From assembly GCF_009914755.1 (NCBI RefSeq), contig NC_060935.1: 64,000 bases of DNA; one strand, written 5' to 3'. The notes beneath the pieces are model-generated. The model worked only from the letters and a program-made list of their open reading frames with translations, had not been told where the DNA came from and made no database searches. This DNA comes from the human T2T-CHM13v2.0 reference genome, Homo sapiens. Both the position numbers and the translations under genes were made by a program. Positions 39,678 to 52,614 of this stretch are shown here, in pieces; within the stretch, counting starts at the first letter, position 1; every line of letters begins with the position of its first letter.

Positions 39678-40270
39678 AAAGTACTGAAATCGTATAAATG
39701 CCCATTTTTAATCATGTATCTCAGAATGATCAATTCAAATATGGAAGGTCTGTTCATTAGCCATATATGATTAATAAGAGGCTTGAATGAGTGGAAATAA
39801 AAATGTAACTATCAACTGTATTTTCCAACTAGTTGCCTAATATGAAAATAAGGCTCTCACTGTGGGAAACAAGCAAAAATATTGGTGTTTGTGATATATG
39901 CACATACAGAAAGTTTTATTTCAGCTCTGTCAATCTGAAAGATGGCAAGTCACAATCATCTTTTGACTTTTTTATTCTGGAATTCTTCAGTCTGCTGGAG
40001 CAAATTATTCTTATTTAAGCTGTACCAATATCACTATACTAACTATACTGCTTAATTTACCTCAACATAATTTATGTTTTTCCCAGTAATATTTCCTAAA
40101 TACTTATATGAATCTACCACAGTTGGCAGAATGTTATTGCTCCAATAGTACATAGTCTAGTACAATTGTAATGTTTTAGATGGCAATTAGAGCAAGTTAC
40201 ACTACATAAATGAAATGGTCTGCAAAACTTCATAGCATAACTTGTTGTGTACTGAAATATTTGTGATCCA

Positions 40271-40367
40271 ATTTGATCATTAAACATTGTATGCATGTAT
40301 CAAAATATCACATGTACCCCATAAACATGTACAACTATTATGTATCCAAAATAAGTTTTTTTTTAAA
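40271..40367 (+). mobile_element. Tiny L1MA 3'-end insertion
   Basis: gtatcaaaatatcacatgtaccccataaacatgtacaactattatgtatc. Exact TSD ttgtgatcca at 40261-40270 and 40368-40377. Confidence 0.85.
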
Positions 40368-40759
40368 TTGTGATCCAGAATTCTTACAAGACAACAAAAT
40401 TTTAATGTAGGTGCAAAAAAAAAAAAGCTCAATTTTCATATAAATAAACAAACCTTATTTGGGCTACCAAACATGATTAATTTGAGTCTCAAATTATATG
40501 TGTATCTGGCCTTTGCCTTGTTGTCCCAAGAATATATATACTTTATTATTCTCCAAACCACAAAAACTTATCTTTCATAATATTATATTTCAAATAAAAT
40601 ATAGTATAAGACATATGCATTTCCATTTGTCTAGCCTCATACTTTTGTATTCACTTCGTAGTTCCGCTATCTGAAATTTAAATGATATAAACTAAGATAC
40701 AGCGTAATCAAGAGATGTCCCCAAGTCACTAACAGGCTGCAATGTTCAATGAAACTCAC

Positions 40760-40791
40760 CTTTCACCGAAAATGGACAAAATCACTGCTTC
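40760..40791 (-). other. Candidate 32-nt exon
   Basis: tttttctggtttaactcag|GAAGCAGTGATTTTGTCCATTTTCGGTGAAAG|gtgagt. Confidence 0.3.
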
Positions 40792-41489
40792 CTGAGTTAA
40801 ACCAGAAAAATACTCAGGAGGTATTTTAACTGACACAAGGAACATAGCTTGCCACCTATAGTAGTTACATTTTAATCTTCCATTTGTCAGAACTACTTGC
40901 CAAAGGCAACTGACAGCCGGTAATAATATGAGATTCCCTGCAACTGGCAGCAGGTGCGTAACAGTAATGGAGAAAAGTCACTGATACATGAGTCCAAGAT
41001 GTCATCACAGTACCCTTATAAGGTACTGCAGGACATGTTAAAAATAGTGTGGCCAATCTCAATTACAGTAAATGAATGCTATCTTATTAATATTATATGA
41101 TAATATTAAATGATGTTAGTAACATTTAATGTAATATAAATAGACAAAACTGAAAATGTCAGCTTCCCTTATCTTGAATTTTGATGTAGATAACATTTTT
41201 AATAGTGCAACATTTTCATAATGCTACATAAGCCATTTTAAAACACTTCAAATAGACACAGTGCTCTGTGACAGCCAAAATGACAAATCATACGAAGACA
41301 CTACAGGGATAATAAATTGAGGCATTAAATGAGGTCAGGAAGAGACAGGAAAGGAGAATAAATAGTTTTGTAGGGCGAAAAGTCAGTGTTTTAAATAATT
41401 TTTAATAAAAATTATAAAAAATCCTGCAGGTAAGAATGTTTGTTTTGTTTTCTTATACCTCAAGTAGTAATTTTTAAAAGAGAATTGCA

Positions 41490-41928
41490 GACCCCTCCGG
41501 AAAACCCGTAACTCCAGTCTAACCATGAGAAAAAAAAAATCAGACAAACCAAGACTGGGGGACATTCTACACAGTAACTGACCAGTACTAGTCAAAATCG
41601 TAAAGTTCATCAAAATCAAGGAAAGTCTGAGAAACTGTCACAACAAAAAGAAGCCTATGGAGAAATGATGATTCAAGGTAATGGCATCCCAGATGAAATC
41701 CTGGAATAGAAGAAAAAAGTATGAAGAAACTAAAGAAATTCAAATGAAGTATAGACTTCAGTTAACAATAATATATCCATATTGGTTCTTTACGTAAGAT
41801 GAACGTACCACACTAATGTAAGATGTTAACAGTAGGGGAAATTGGATATGAGGTCAACGAGAAGTCTCTGTTCTATATCTGCAACTTTTCCATAAATCTA
41901 AAATTATTCTAAAATAAAAATGTTTTTT
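41490..41928 (+). mobile_element. L1MC-type 3'UTR fragment
   Basis: actccagtctaaccatgagaaaa...cagacaaacc...ggacattctacac, ending taaatctaaaattattctaaaataaaa. Confidence 0.75.
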
Positions 41929-41929
41929 A

Positions 41930-42150
41930 ATTGCTATTTTAAGTGACAGAAAACATAACTAGAACTGGCTTGAATGAAAATAAATTTATTGATTCATATA
42001 ATGGAAACTATCTAAGGGGTGGTCTCACTTTCAGCACAGAGAGATTGAGGGGATTCAAAGGGCTTCCAGGAAGGTGTCTCTCCTTTGTTGCCTTCACTCT
42101 GCTCTCCAGAGGTGGACTACAGTCTTAAGTTCCATGTAGAGACAATATTG
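41930..42150 (-). mobile_element. Old MLT1 (J/K-like) LTR fragment
   Basis: aagtgacagaaaacataactagaactggcttgaa...aatttattgattcatataa. Confidence 0.45.
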
Positions 42151-42266
42151 CCACAACATTTGCTTTGAAGATGCAAATTTGTTTCAAATTGATACATGAG
42201 GGAACAATGTGAACACAGCATGAATTCAGCATTTGCTTACGCGTGACTTCATCTGACAAGAGCACT

Positions 42267-42465
42267 AGGTACGGTCAGCAAACTTTTTCTGTAAAGGGCC
42301 AGATAATAAATAGTTTAGGCTTTGTGGACCACATGGTCTCTATCACAGCTGCTCAACTCCATCTTCGTAGAAGGACAGCAGCCACAGACAATAGCAAATG
42401 CATGGGCATGGCTGTTTTTCAATAAAACTTTATTGACCAAAACAAGCAGGACAGTTTGTCCATCA
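42267..42465. mobile_element. MER58A (hAT-Charlie)
   Basis: ggtcagcaaactttttctgtaaagggccagataataaata...caataaaactttatt. Confidence 0.85.
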
Positions 42466-42887
42466 CTAAACCAAGTGAATTAAGAAAACTGCATGCAGCT
42501 GACCCCAGCCGCTTAGGAACACTCAAAATGGATATACCTCACAAGACAATGAGCCACATCCTCTACTCAGGTGTTAACAACTTTCTCTCCTCTTTCTGAG
42601 CAGCCTCCTTCCATCACTTCACAGTAACTCACGTGCTGCTATTCTTACAACCACAGGGTGACCACAACCCCCAGCCCTCATCTCTCTTTAATTTTACCCT
42701 TTCTTAAACCTAGGGTTAAGGTTTCCTTATGATTTGGTTAGGATTAGGGTTTTGGTGCCTCAGTTTAGCAATAACAGTTCCTTTCCTCATAAGGTAATTG
42801 TCAGAACTAAATGAGTTCATGTATGTGCTAGAACACATCCTAGCACTCAGGGCATTCTATATGTATTAATTTCTGCTTTGATCATGG

Positions 42888-43781
42888 TATTAGTTTCCAA
42901 TTGCTGTTGTAACAAGTCACTCCAAATTCAATGACTTAAAACAACAGAAATGTATTCTCTTACAATTCTGAAGGTCAGAAGTCCAAAATCAGTCTCAGTG
43001 GGCTAACATCAAGGTTTCAGCAGGGCTGGTTCCTTCTGGAGAGGGGAGAATCTATTTCCTTGCCTTTTTCAGTTTCTAAAGGCCATTTACATTCCTTGGC
43101 TCATGACCCCTCCCTCACATCACTCCAACTTCTTGCTTCTGTTATTACATCTACTACTCAGCCTGACTCTCCTGTCTCTCTGAGAATCCGTGTGATTACC
43201 TTGGGCTCACCCAGATAATCCAGGATAATCTCCCTATCTCAAAATCATTAGCTTAATCACATCTGCAAAGTCCCTTTTGCCATGTGTGGCAAACCGATAT
43301 GGCTCCCAAAAATACCTCCATGTCCTAATCCCTATAAGTTATAAATGCTACCTTATTTGAAAAAAGAGTCTTTGCAGACTTGAATAAATGAAGAATTTTG
43401 AGATGAGAAGATAATCCTGGATTATGCAGGCAGTCTCTAAATGCTCGTTAGAGAGAGGCAGAGGGGGTCTGGACACAGAGGAGAAAAGAGCGATGTGAAA
43501 ACAGAGGCAGAAATTGGAATGACAGGAATGTCAGCAGCTACCAGAAACAAGAAAAGGCAAGGAAAGAATTCTCACCTAGAGCCTCTGGAGCGAGCACAAC
43601 CCTGCCCACACCTTATTTCAGACTTCTGGTCTCCAAAACCAGAAGAGTAAGTTTCTACTCTTATAGCCGCCAAGTCTGTGGTAATTTGTTGCAGCAGCAA
43701 CAAACACACCACGCAGAGTAACATACAGGTTCCAGGGATTCGGATGCGGACATATTTGACAGGCCACTATTCAGACTACCA
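42888..43781 (-). mobile_element. MLT1 (D-like) solo LTR, interrupted by a second MLT1
   Basis: tattagtttccaattgctgttgtaacaa...atctgcaaagtcccttttgccatg, resuming as gtaacatacaggttccagggatt...actacca. Confidence 0.8.
43285..43708 (+). mobile_element. MLT1 (B/C-like) solo LTR nested in the opposite orientation
   Basis: tgtggc...ccatgtcctaatccct...gtggtaatttgttgcagcagc...aca. 5-bp TSD ccatg/ccacg at 43280-43284 and 43709-43713. Confidence 0.82.
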
Positions 43782-43901
43782 GTCTTTATTCAAATCCTCC
43801 TCTGTTCTCTTTGAAAAATATATTTTGATATTCTTTTTCTCTCTCCTTGAGTTACATGGGTAATTCATTTATTCTAATTCTTTATTAATATGTATATTTA
43901 A

Positions 43902-44188
43902 GGCCGGTGGCAGTGGCTCACTCCTGTAATCCCAGCACTTTGGGAGGCCCAGGCAGGTGTATTACTTGAGGTTAGGAGTTCGAGATCAGCCTGGTGAAAT
44001 CCTGACCTTCCTAAAAATACAAAAATTAGCCCAGCATGGTGGCTGGTGCCTGTAATCCCAGCTACTTGGGAGTAAGGCAGGAAAATCGCTTGAACCCAGG
44101 AGGCAGAGGCTGCAGTGAGCCAAGATTGCGCCACTGCACTCCAGCCTGGGTGACAGAGTGAGACTGTCTTTAAAAAAAAAAAAAAAAA
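43902..44188 (+). mobile_element. AluS
   Basis: Dimer plus A tail. Confidence 0.93.
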
Positions 44189-44189
44189 G

Positions 44190-44760
44190 ACAATCTTTCA
44201 GATTTTAGCTGAGTCCCCATAGGTTCTAATACATTTTATCATCATTTTCTACAATTTTTAAATTCTTCAACTCAAAAATTTATTTAAAGATTCTTAATTG
44301 CCCAGTGATAGTGATTTGTTTTTATAAGTTTTTTTCTAAAATTATTAATTTCTACTTTTATTCCACCTCAACTATTTCTATTTTGGGAAATTTACTGAAG
44401 TTTTTTTTTCTAAATGGCCCAATATATAATCAGTTTTTGTAATGTTCCAAGAGAACTTGAAAATAAGGTGTGCTCTGTTTATTGAGCATAAAGTTAAATA
44501 TATTTTAACTAAATATACCTCACATTAATCAGGTTGTTCTAAATCTTTACTTAATTTTTGGCTACTGCTTTGTCCAATAATTTATTTTTCCTTATTTTTT
44601 ATAGTTTTGACTTTATGTTTGTTAATGCTATGTTATTTGGAGCATGAATAATCAGTGTGCACTCTTTATTATTGTAAACCTCCTTCTTTGCCTCTTTAAA
44701 TCTTTTCTGCTCTAAATTCACCCTGTCTGATATCAAAACCTGTATGTCCCCCTTTCTTGT
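44190..44760 (-). mobile_element. L1M ORF2 (EN region) remnant
   Basis: T-rich antisense motifs (aatatataatcagtttttgtaatgttcca, aatgctatgttatttggagcat, ctgtctgatatca). Confidence 0.6.
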
Positions 44761-45309
44761 TAGCTATTGTTATAAGTAATCCAGAAACCTGTGGTCTATG
44801 CTCTGAAAACTAAGCTGCCACCACAGTAACACAAACCATATATAAGGTTAATGAAGAAACTGATACACAACAGTAGTGCAAGATAGGTCACCCTGGGGCC
44901 ATGTCATGCCAAGGGGTATGCCTTGCCAAAATCTAACACTGCCTAAGTGGTAGGAAGATGTTAAATCCCAGGCAGTATTTATTTTCTAAAAGTTCAGTAT
45001 AAAAGATATCTCTCTTCTATGAGCATTTTCTAGAGCTAACTTTTATAACCATGTATATATATACTCTGTAATTTATATATCATGAATCACAGAACTGCCT
45101 GAGATGTCTTTATACCTCCTCTAGAAAAATATACTCAAAGTAAAAAGCTCAGTACTATCTATTCTCCATTTCTGATTTCTGAAGATTTTTATTTAAGAAA
45201 TGACTAAGAAAACAAGTTTTGAAATACTCCTCAAGGATTATTCTAATTTTTGAAATAAATACACCAGTCAAAGAAATAGACATATACACGTCACTGAAGT
45301 CAGCTTTGC

Positions 45310-45530
45310 AAAATAGTTAAAAGCACTAGCTTGGTAGTGAGTTTAAACCTAAGTTCAAATCCCAAACGTGGTGATTACTGTGGGACCCTGGGCAGGCTAC
45401 TTAACATAGGCCTCAATTTTCTTACCTGCAAAATTGGACTAATAGGAACAAACTGAGAAGGACACTGGGAGAATTAAGCGTGACAATGTACACAATGGAC
45501 TTAACACAGTACCAACTACACAGTGCTTGT
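45310..45530 (+). mobile_element. MIR
   Basis: gttcaaatccca...ctgtgggaccctgggcaggctacttaac...cctcaattttcttacctgcaaaat. Confidence 0.7.
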
Positions 45531-46309
45531 AAGTTGCTCTTGTCACTGTGCAGACTCAGGTAAAACATCAAAACCAACTGTGATATCTACTTTTAAAATC
45601 TGTTGACACTTAAGTCATTAGCTTTATGCAAATTCAAAACCTTTTAAATATCATTTCATGACTTTAAATATACTGTGAAATATTAAATACGTTAAATAAT
45701 ATCTGTTTATTATAAAGCTGATCCTGAGAACATAAGACAAACTTATCGATAGTAGCCCACTGCTAATGAAGTGCAAACTTCCTCAAATGATAAACATGCC
45801 CTGGTCCTTCTATACTTAACATTGTTTCTTCTGTCAGTCATAGGAACTGTTTATAACTCTCCACGTTTATCAAGCTGTTTCAAGTTCTTTAGAGAGATGG
45901 TTCCCTACACCTTCAATGCATTCCATCTCCCACTGCAGCTAATCTCACACACACACACACAAAGCCCCCTACACAAAATCCTACTTGTCCTAAATTAGCT
46001 CAAGTGTCATCTCCTTTAAGAACCCTTCCCTGATCTCCTCAGATATAAATTGATATTAATATAAATGGCAATGTCAGAACTATAAAAGGAGGCAGGAGAG
46101 ATGAGACAGAAAAGGGACAGAATACATACCAAAGGAAGACAGAACGGGGGAAAGGAGCCTGAGTAAAATATTTTCCAAATGAAAGCGTCTGACGCACTGG
46201 AGAACTTCCACCCAGTGCTGAATGTAAAAAACAACAACAACAACAAAACTATTCAGGATGACAATGCCTAGCCAATGAAAAAGTAAAACCTTATAGTAAC
46301 ACAAGGTGG

Positions 46310-46600
46310 ATACTGCAGGTTAGATTCTCCAGGAAGCAGACTCTGACACATTTGTCAAGTAGAATGTTAATGAGGGAGTGCGGGTGAGAAGAACATCTGT
46401 TGTAAGGAGGAGAAGAAACAGGAATTGAGCAAAGAAAGAAGTTGAACAGATGAACTTCACTGCAGACCCAATGAGAGCCACGGCCAACCCTTCAGGGAGC
46501 ACTAAAGTCAGCATGGCCCTTCAGAATTGAGAAAGGGCAAGAGAGACAGCCACCCTACATCAACCAGCCATTGGGCCACATTGGGATGAGGTGCTGCATT
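46310..46600 (-). mobile_element. Old MLT1-class LTR fragment
   Basis: caggttagattctccaggaagcagactctga...gagggagtgc...gaagttgaac. Confidence 0.55.
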
Positions 46601-48109
46601 CAATTAGATTTCAACCTCAGATTATGATCTTGAGAACCTGATCGCTGACTTTTTAGAATTCTTCTCCCATTTGGGGCATTATTTCAAATAGAAATACCTT
46701 TATTTTGAAAGGTGTGCTTTTTTCCTATCAGGAAATAAATACAAATTTCAGTTGCAAGTACCTAGGACTATATATACAAAAATCATTCTCTCATTCTTTA
46801 TCCATGCTATTGAGATAGTTGTAATTATCAATGATAAAAATGGTTATGAATTTACAAAGCATATCTTTTCCTTCCGTTCTGTTTTACTGAGTTCAAGCTG
46901 AGACACCTTTTTGGTAACTTTTCTAGTATTCCTATCCTCACAAATGATAAACAAGAAAATTTAAACTAATGTTTTGGCTGTTTCTGAGATCTGTCATGCA
47001 ATTTATGCTTCACATAAGCAGCACACAAGAGTAGAGAACTAAAGTCTTGCAAACCAGCAAAAATCACACTGTCTGGCAATCTCTCAGACTAGCTGGTCAT
47101 AGTCTCTATTTTTCTGGCCCAGAAATATTTCTACAGTAATTTTTCAAACTTTTCTCATTTTTTATAATTTCAGTAACATTAGCATACTATGCATAAAGAT
47201 AAGCACTTAAGACTTCTTGCCTGACGCTTTCACAAGAGCACTTTTTCTGCCACACAATTGTCTCCCAGAGTGAAAAAAGTAGAGACATGCTCCTACTTAC
47301 AAACAAAAATAACATCTGGAGGTTATTAATATTCACATTAACTACACACATACACACACACACACACAATGTTCATTCTCAATCCCACATAATTAGTCTG
47401 CCAGGCTTCAAGCAGAATAATCCATAACCATCTTGACATGAAAAAATAAAACCTGGCCATACAGTATTCAAACACATTTCTCTACCCTAAAGCTCAAGGA
47501 CAAAAAGTGAGAAGAAATTCTACTTTGGGCAAATGAGGTTCCTGAAACTATAGCACTTGCATAAATTACTTTAGAAAACTAGATCAGACAGACCAGATCA
47601 CTTAACAATGAATATGTTTTCCCTATATCTGAAACATTCTCCAGAATGGATCAACTTTTTTTAAACCAGAATATCATTAACTGAGATAATGTAGCTTAAA
47701 TCCCTTCAGTATGTTTATTCACCATTTGGAGTGTCCAGGAGCACAGAGAATGTGGGAGGAAAAAAAGATAAATCAACACAGTTAAATTTTAAGGCAAAAG
47801 GAAGGGTCTGTATACGGCACAGAACTAAGAATTTTTCTAAGTGTGACTGATACTAACAATGAAAATCCGTGAATAAACTTTGGAAGCAAGGGGGAATGGA
47901 AAAATACATATATTTTAGCTTTAATGCATCAGTACAACAGAAAACAAAAGGTCACTCAAAAACTGTCCAAAACCTAAGTAGAGTACATATTCCCCAAGTA
48001 CAGGAGAATACATAAATTTTTACTTGCCATGGTCAAGTTTTCTCAACATGAGAAGATACAGATTCCTCAATAAACACATACCCTCTGATTAGAATCCAGT
48101 TTGGTTTGA

Positions 48110-48530
48110 TGCAGTGGATTGTGAACCATCTGCATCACAATGACCTGCAAAGCAATTAAAAATGCAGGTTTCTAGGCTCCACTCTAGAACTAGTAAACTA
48201 GTTAAGACTCAGAAAGCCGCACTGTTTAAGAACTTGTAGGTGATTCTCTTACATTAAAGCCTAGTAACTGTTTTTGTGTAGACTCTGTAATGGTAACATA
48301 TTTGCTCCAAGTTATATTTTATTCATTTTTACAACTATTTTACAGGTTAAACTCAATTCAATGGCACAACAGTTCTGAAGTCTAACTACACATTACAATT
48401 CCCTAAGGAGCCTTTAAAACATACCAAAACCTGAATCTCACCAACTACATCAGATTCTCTAGGGATAAAGAGAGGGTATCATTATTTATTAAAAGCTCCC
48501 TTGGTGATTCTAATGTGAAGCGATGTTTCA
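48110..48530. mobile_element. Two MER5-like (hAT-Charlie) fragments
   Basis: tgcatcacaatgacctg...aaaaatgcaggtttctaggctccac and aaagctcccttggtgattctaatgtg. Confidence 0.6.
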
Positions 48531-48963
48531 AATACAGCTCAGAAGATGCTATATATTCTAACTAGGAAAAAAAAAAGTCTACAGAAAAAAATGAAAGAAA
48601 TAATGTCTGGAAGCTGAGGACACCGATATTTTCAGACACATAATTTTCCCAGTATGATATAAAGAAAACTGGAAAATGATACTGCCCGCAAAAATAAAAT
48701 CTATGCGAAGCCATGAAGTCTTATTTTAAGGAGGCAAAGTTTCTAGCAAAGACAATAATAAGATAACCACCATATCCATTTTAATTGAATAGAACTTTTA
48801 ATGTCAATTAAACATCACAAACTTCTATTTATTAATGAATAAGAACAAATTTAAAAGAAATCAGACAATGAACTAGACTTCTAAAGGAAGGGGTGGGCTG
48901 AAATATGCATTTTAATTTTGCTCCCTCCTAAAACCCCATTACAATCGAAACAAGCTTTGTAAT

Positions 48964-48972
<9 letters not shown>

Positions 48973-49028
<56 letters not shown>
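48973..49028. repeat. Perfect (TG)28 microsatellite
   Basis: Direct reading. Confidence 0.97.
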
Positions 49029-49031
<3 letters not shown>

Positions 49032-49224
49032 ATGGTAAAAATTCATAGGCAGCAGAGATGAGTGGAACCAATCCCAGTCCTGAGCTGCGCCCCAGAAACT
49101 CCAGGGCTCTCTGCACCCATCCTGCAATGGTGAATACTGAAGAAATGAGGAAGAGTACAAGCAGTAGAGGACAAACAGGCTTTCCGGAGGAGAGCCTCAA
49201 CCTAAAGCTGAGGCCAATAGTGGG

Positions 49225-49320
49225 CAAGGGCAGGAGGTCCAGGCTGCTGTGGGCTATGATCACACCCCTGCACCCTAGTCTGGATGACAGAAGAAGATCT
49301 TGCCTCTAAAAAAAATTTTT
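49225..49320 (+). mobile_element. Old Alu/FRAM 3' fragment
   Basis: caggaggtccaggctgctgtgggctatgatcacacccctgcaccctagtctggatgacaga plus an A-run. Confidence 0.7.
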
Positions 49321-50424
49321 TTAAATAGTAGGCAATGGGACCCTATGCTCCAACCCTCTTCTTTCTTTCTGCTCCTCCTGGACGTACCCACAGTATGTTA
49401 CTTGTGGACACTCGAATCTTCTCTTTCCTTCCAAGACCTCACTGAGTCACTGGCCCTCTTTACTCAGGGACATTGTGAATATGCAGGACCCAAAGAATCC
49501 TGCAGATAGGCACTGTGGGACCAATTACTTCTGAAATATTGACAACTATAGCTACTATTGGAGTTTACTGAGCAACAGGATGAAGAAACAGCAGCATCTG
49601 AAGCATTCATTTACCTTCAGCATTGATCAAATATTTTAAGCAGTACTGGTCTCTTTTGCTACTCTAAAGCATATTCCCTCAACAAGAAGAAACGTGACAA
49701 GTGAACCTAAGAGTTACAGAACCCTCAAAGAGACCAAGTGATAATTAACTTGGTCCAGTTTTACCAGCAAGTATATGAAAGCTGGTATCTTAGTGTTTTT
49801 TCTTCAGTGTCCAAGTTCAGACAGGTTAAGCAATAGGTTCAGACAGGTTAAGCAACTTTCCCAAGGACACAACGCTACTAAGTAAAAAAGCCGGAGAACT
49901 TCAACCTTGATGTTTTAATTGCCAAAAGCTATGCCCTGCTACACTACAAGACACAGGAAGTTTTCTCAAATTTTAAGTAGAATTACACCCTAATTAAGTG
50001 TAAAAATAATTCACAGGAAATAAATTTCTGCATGGTCCAGAAAGGTTATATCCAGGGAATAAACTGATATAGCAAAAGGGAGAAGAGAAAGATAGTTACC
50101 CTCGTTTCCAAGAGTTTAAACAGAAATACACCTGGGAAAACCTGTTGTCACTGTTCTCATTCACAACCTACTTTTTAGTACTCTTTAAGTGCAACCTCTC
50201 TGGTAACTGATTTTATGCAAAATTTTTCCTGTAAATCTGTTCATCCTGCAGCAATCTAATAGTGCAATACTTCTTGTTTGCAAACTTTTAATGTAAAAAG
50301 ATATCACATGGGGATCTTACTAAAATGCAGATTCTGACTGAGTATGGCTGGAGTCGGGAGATGCTGTATTCTGGGGGTAGAAAAAGGATATTGCAGTATC
50401 CCCTTGACTAGCAAGGATCTAGTG

Positions 50425-50740
50425 CAGTGCTGTGTCATACTATAGAAATAATGCAAGTGGTATATATTGTTTTAAATTTCTTAGTAGCTACTTTAATAAA
50501 ACTTTTTTAAAAGGTAAACTTAATTGTTGTAATATATTTTGTCTAACTCAATACATCCAAATCATTATCAGTTCAATGTGTAATCAATATTCTAAAATTA
50601 ATGAGATTTTACATTCTTTCTTCATACTAAGTCTTTGAACACAGCTTGAATTTTCCACTTACAGTACACATTTTAATTCAGAATAGCAACATCCCAAGGG
50701 CTCAATAACCACATATGGCTAGTGGCTTCCTTACTGAACA
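50425..50740. mobile_element. MER33 (hAT-Charlie), preceded by a MER5A fragment at about 50270-50372
   Basis: ttttaaatttcttagtagctacttt...ctcaataaccacatatggctagtggct. Confidence 0.75.
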
Positions 50741-52325
50741 AATATAAGTAGACTGAATTTTAGCTACTCTGTACCTCTAGCTTGCTTGGAATGTTTAAAC
50801 AGTTCAAAATTTATCATTAGCCAACTACATAAAGCTTAGCTGTGGTACCAGTGGAATTGAAGAGTGCTTTTATTTGTTTCTTACATTTTCCTTTTGTCCT
50901 GACAATTCATGACTGAGTGCTGCAGCACAGGACGGATATAATAGGCAGTGAAATAGACTCTAGGGAGGGGTGGCAGAAGGCTGGGTGATGGCAGGAATGG
51001 TAGTGGGAAAACAGAAAGTTAGTGTATTTTCAAGATATAATCTTGGCATAGTTTAGGGGAAAAATGTGGAAAAGATGTTTGCTTACTTTTATGAATACAG
51101 ATGTTTTCACTAACCTTTTAAAAATCTAAAATAAAGATCTGGTTTAGATACCAATTTAAATACCAAATATTCATTTTTAAAAAACAGCTAAAGAAGTAAA
51201 AGACAGCTGATCCACAGCAAAACAAAAAGTAAATTCAATACTCCTGTCAGAGAGAGCCAAAGAGATTTCTACATGCCAGGATTTCCCAAAGAACATTAAG
51301 CAATTAAGATGAATAATGTCTATGATACTCACCAGAAACAAAGTTTCAGCCAAAGAAAGAATCCACTAGACATCTGCCCAGATAAGATACTTAAATCACA
51401 TTTTGGGACTACTTGAAGTAAATATGAAGAAGCAGTACCAGAAACGTCAGGGTGGAAATAAAAAGATACCAACTCAATTCACTTGTTGGCTTTCTTCTTG
51501 AGTACAAGTGAAGAGCTGATAGGCTCCATGGTGATGACGAAATAATGAAATAAAAACCAAGAAACAGCTGATCTAAGTGCACTGTTGTCCATTAACTGAG
51601 GTTTTGCATTCAGACAGGAAAGCAGTAAAGACAACAGATGTCAGCACCAATGTCCTATGCACTACACCATCCACATTCTGTCATGGTTGCAGAATTCTCA
51701 GAATTGGGCTGGAATATATGGCAAGAGATTCAAATTTCAGAAGGCTTGTAGGATCTAAATCCAGATTGTAAAATATCTAAAACAGAATGGTCATGTATTA
51801 AAATCTTGGTAGTTCAAACCAATGACAGTGAAGGAAAGGAACCTACATTTATTGAGGTTTAAGTAACAGCCATAAGAATTACATCAGTGAAAACAGTAGA
51901 GTGAGTACCTCTGAAAATTCTCTCCTTAACTTTTTCAAAATTCTGGAAATTAACTAAAAGCTTGCAGCAATCCATGGAACATTTTTTCAAGAAAAACAGC
52001 TGAATCTCCGTAAGAACAGCAAATTTAATGGTATTTCAACTTACCCTATTCCTTCCCTCTGATCTGCAGCTCCACAGTCACCATGAAAACCAGCAACACA
52101 TAATACCACTGAAAGCCAGGAGCCTGGCAGCCACCAACGGATTTTAAGTGCCTTCAAAGCCTCATTCCCAGAGAACTGTCATTATATCAACCTATCCGGT
52201 GACATCCTCAAACACGCTACTTGGACTGTCTTTATTTGACCTGACTCACAGCTTGGCTAGAGCAAAAAAAAAAAAAAAAAAAAAAAAATCTCTTCCCCAC
52301 AAGCATTTGCCTAAAATATTTAGAG

Positions 52326-52614
52326 GGCCAGGTGGGGTGGCTCATGCCTGTTATCCCAACACTCTAGGAGGCTGAACCAGGAGAATCATTTAAGGTCAGG
52401 GGTTTGAGACCAGCCTGGACAACATAGCAAGACTCTATCTCTATAAAAAATTAAATATTAGCCAGGTATGATGGTGCATACGTGTAGTCCCAGCTACTTG
52501 AGAGGCTGACACAGGAGGATACCTTCAAAGAGTTTAAGGCTGCAGTGAGCTATGATCATGCCACTGCACTCCAACCTGAGTGAAGGGTGAGAGCCTGTTT
52601 TGCAAAGAAAAAAA
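52326..52614 (+). mobile_element. AluJ inserted in the L1M 5'UTR
   Basis: Degenerate dimer. Confidence 0.88.
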
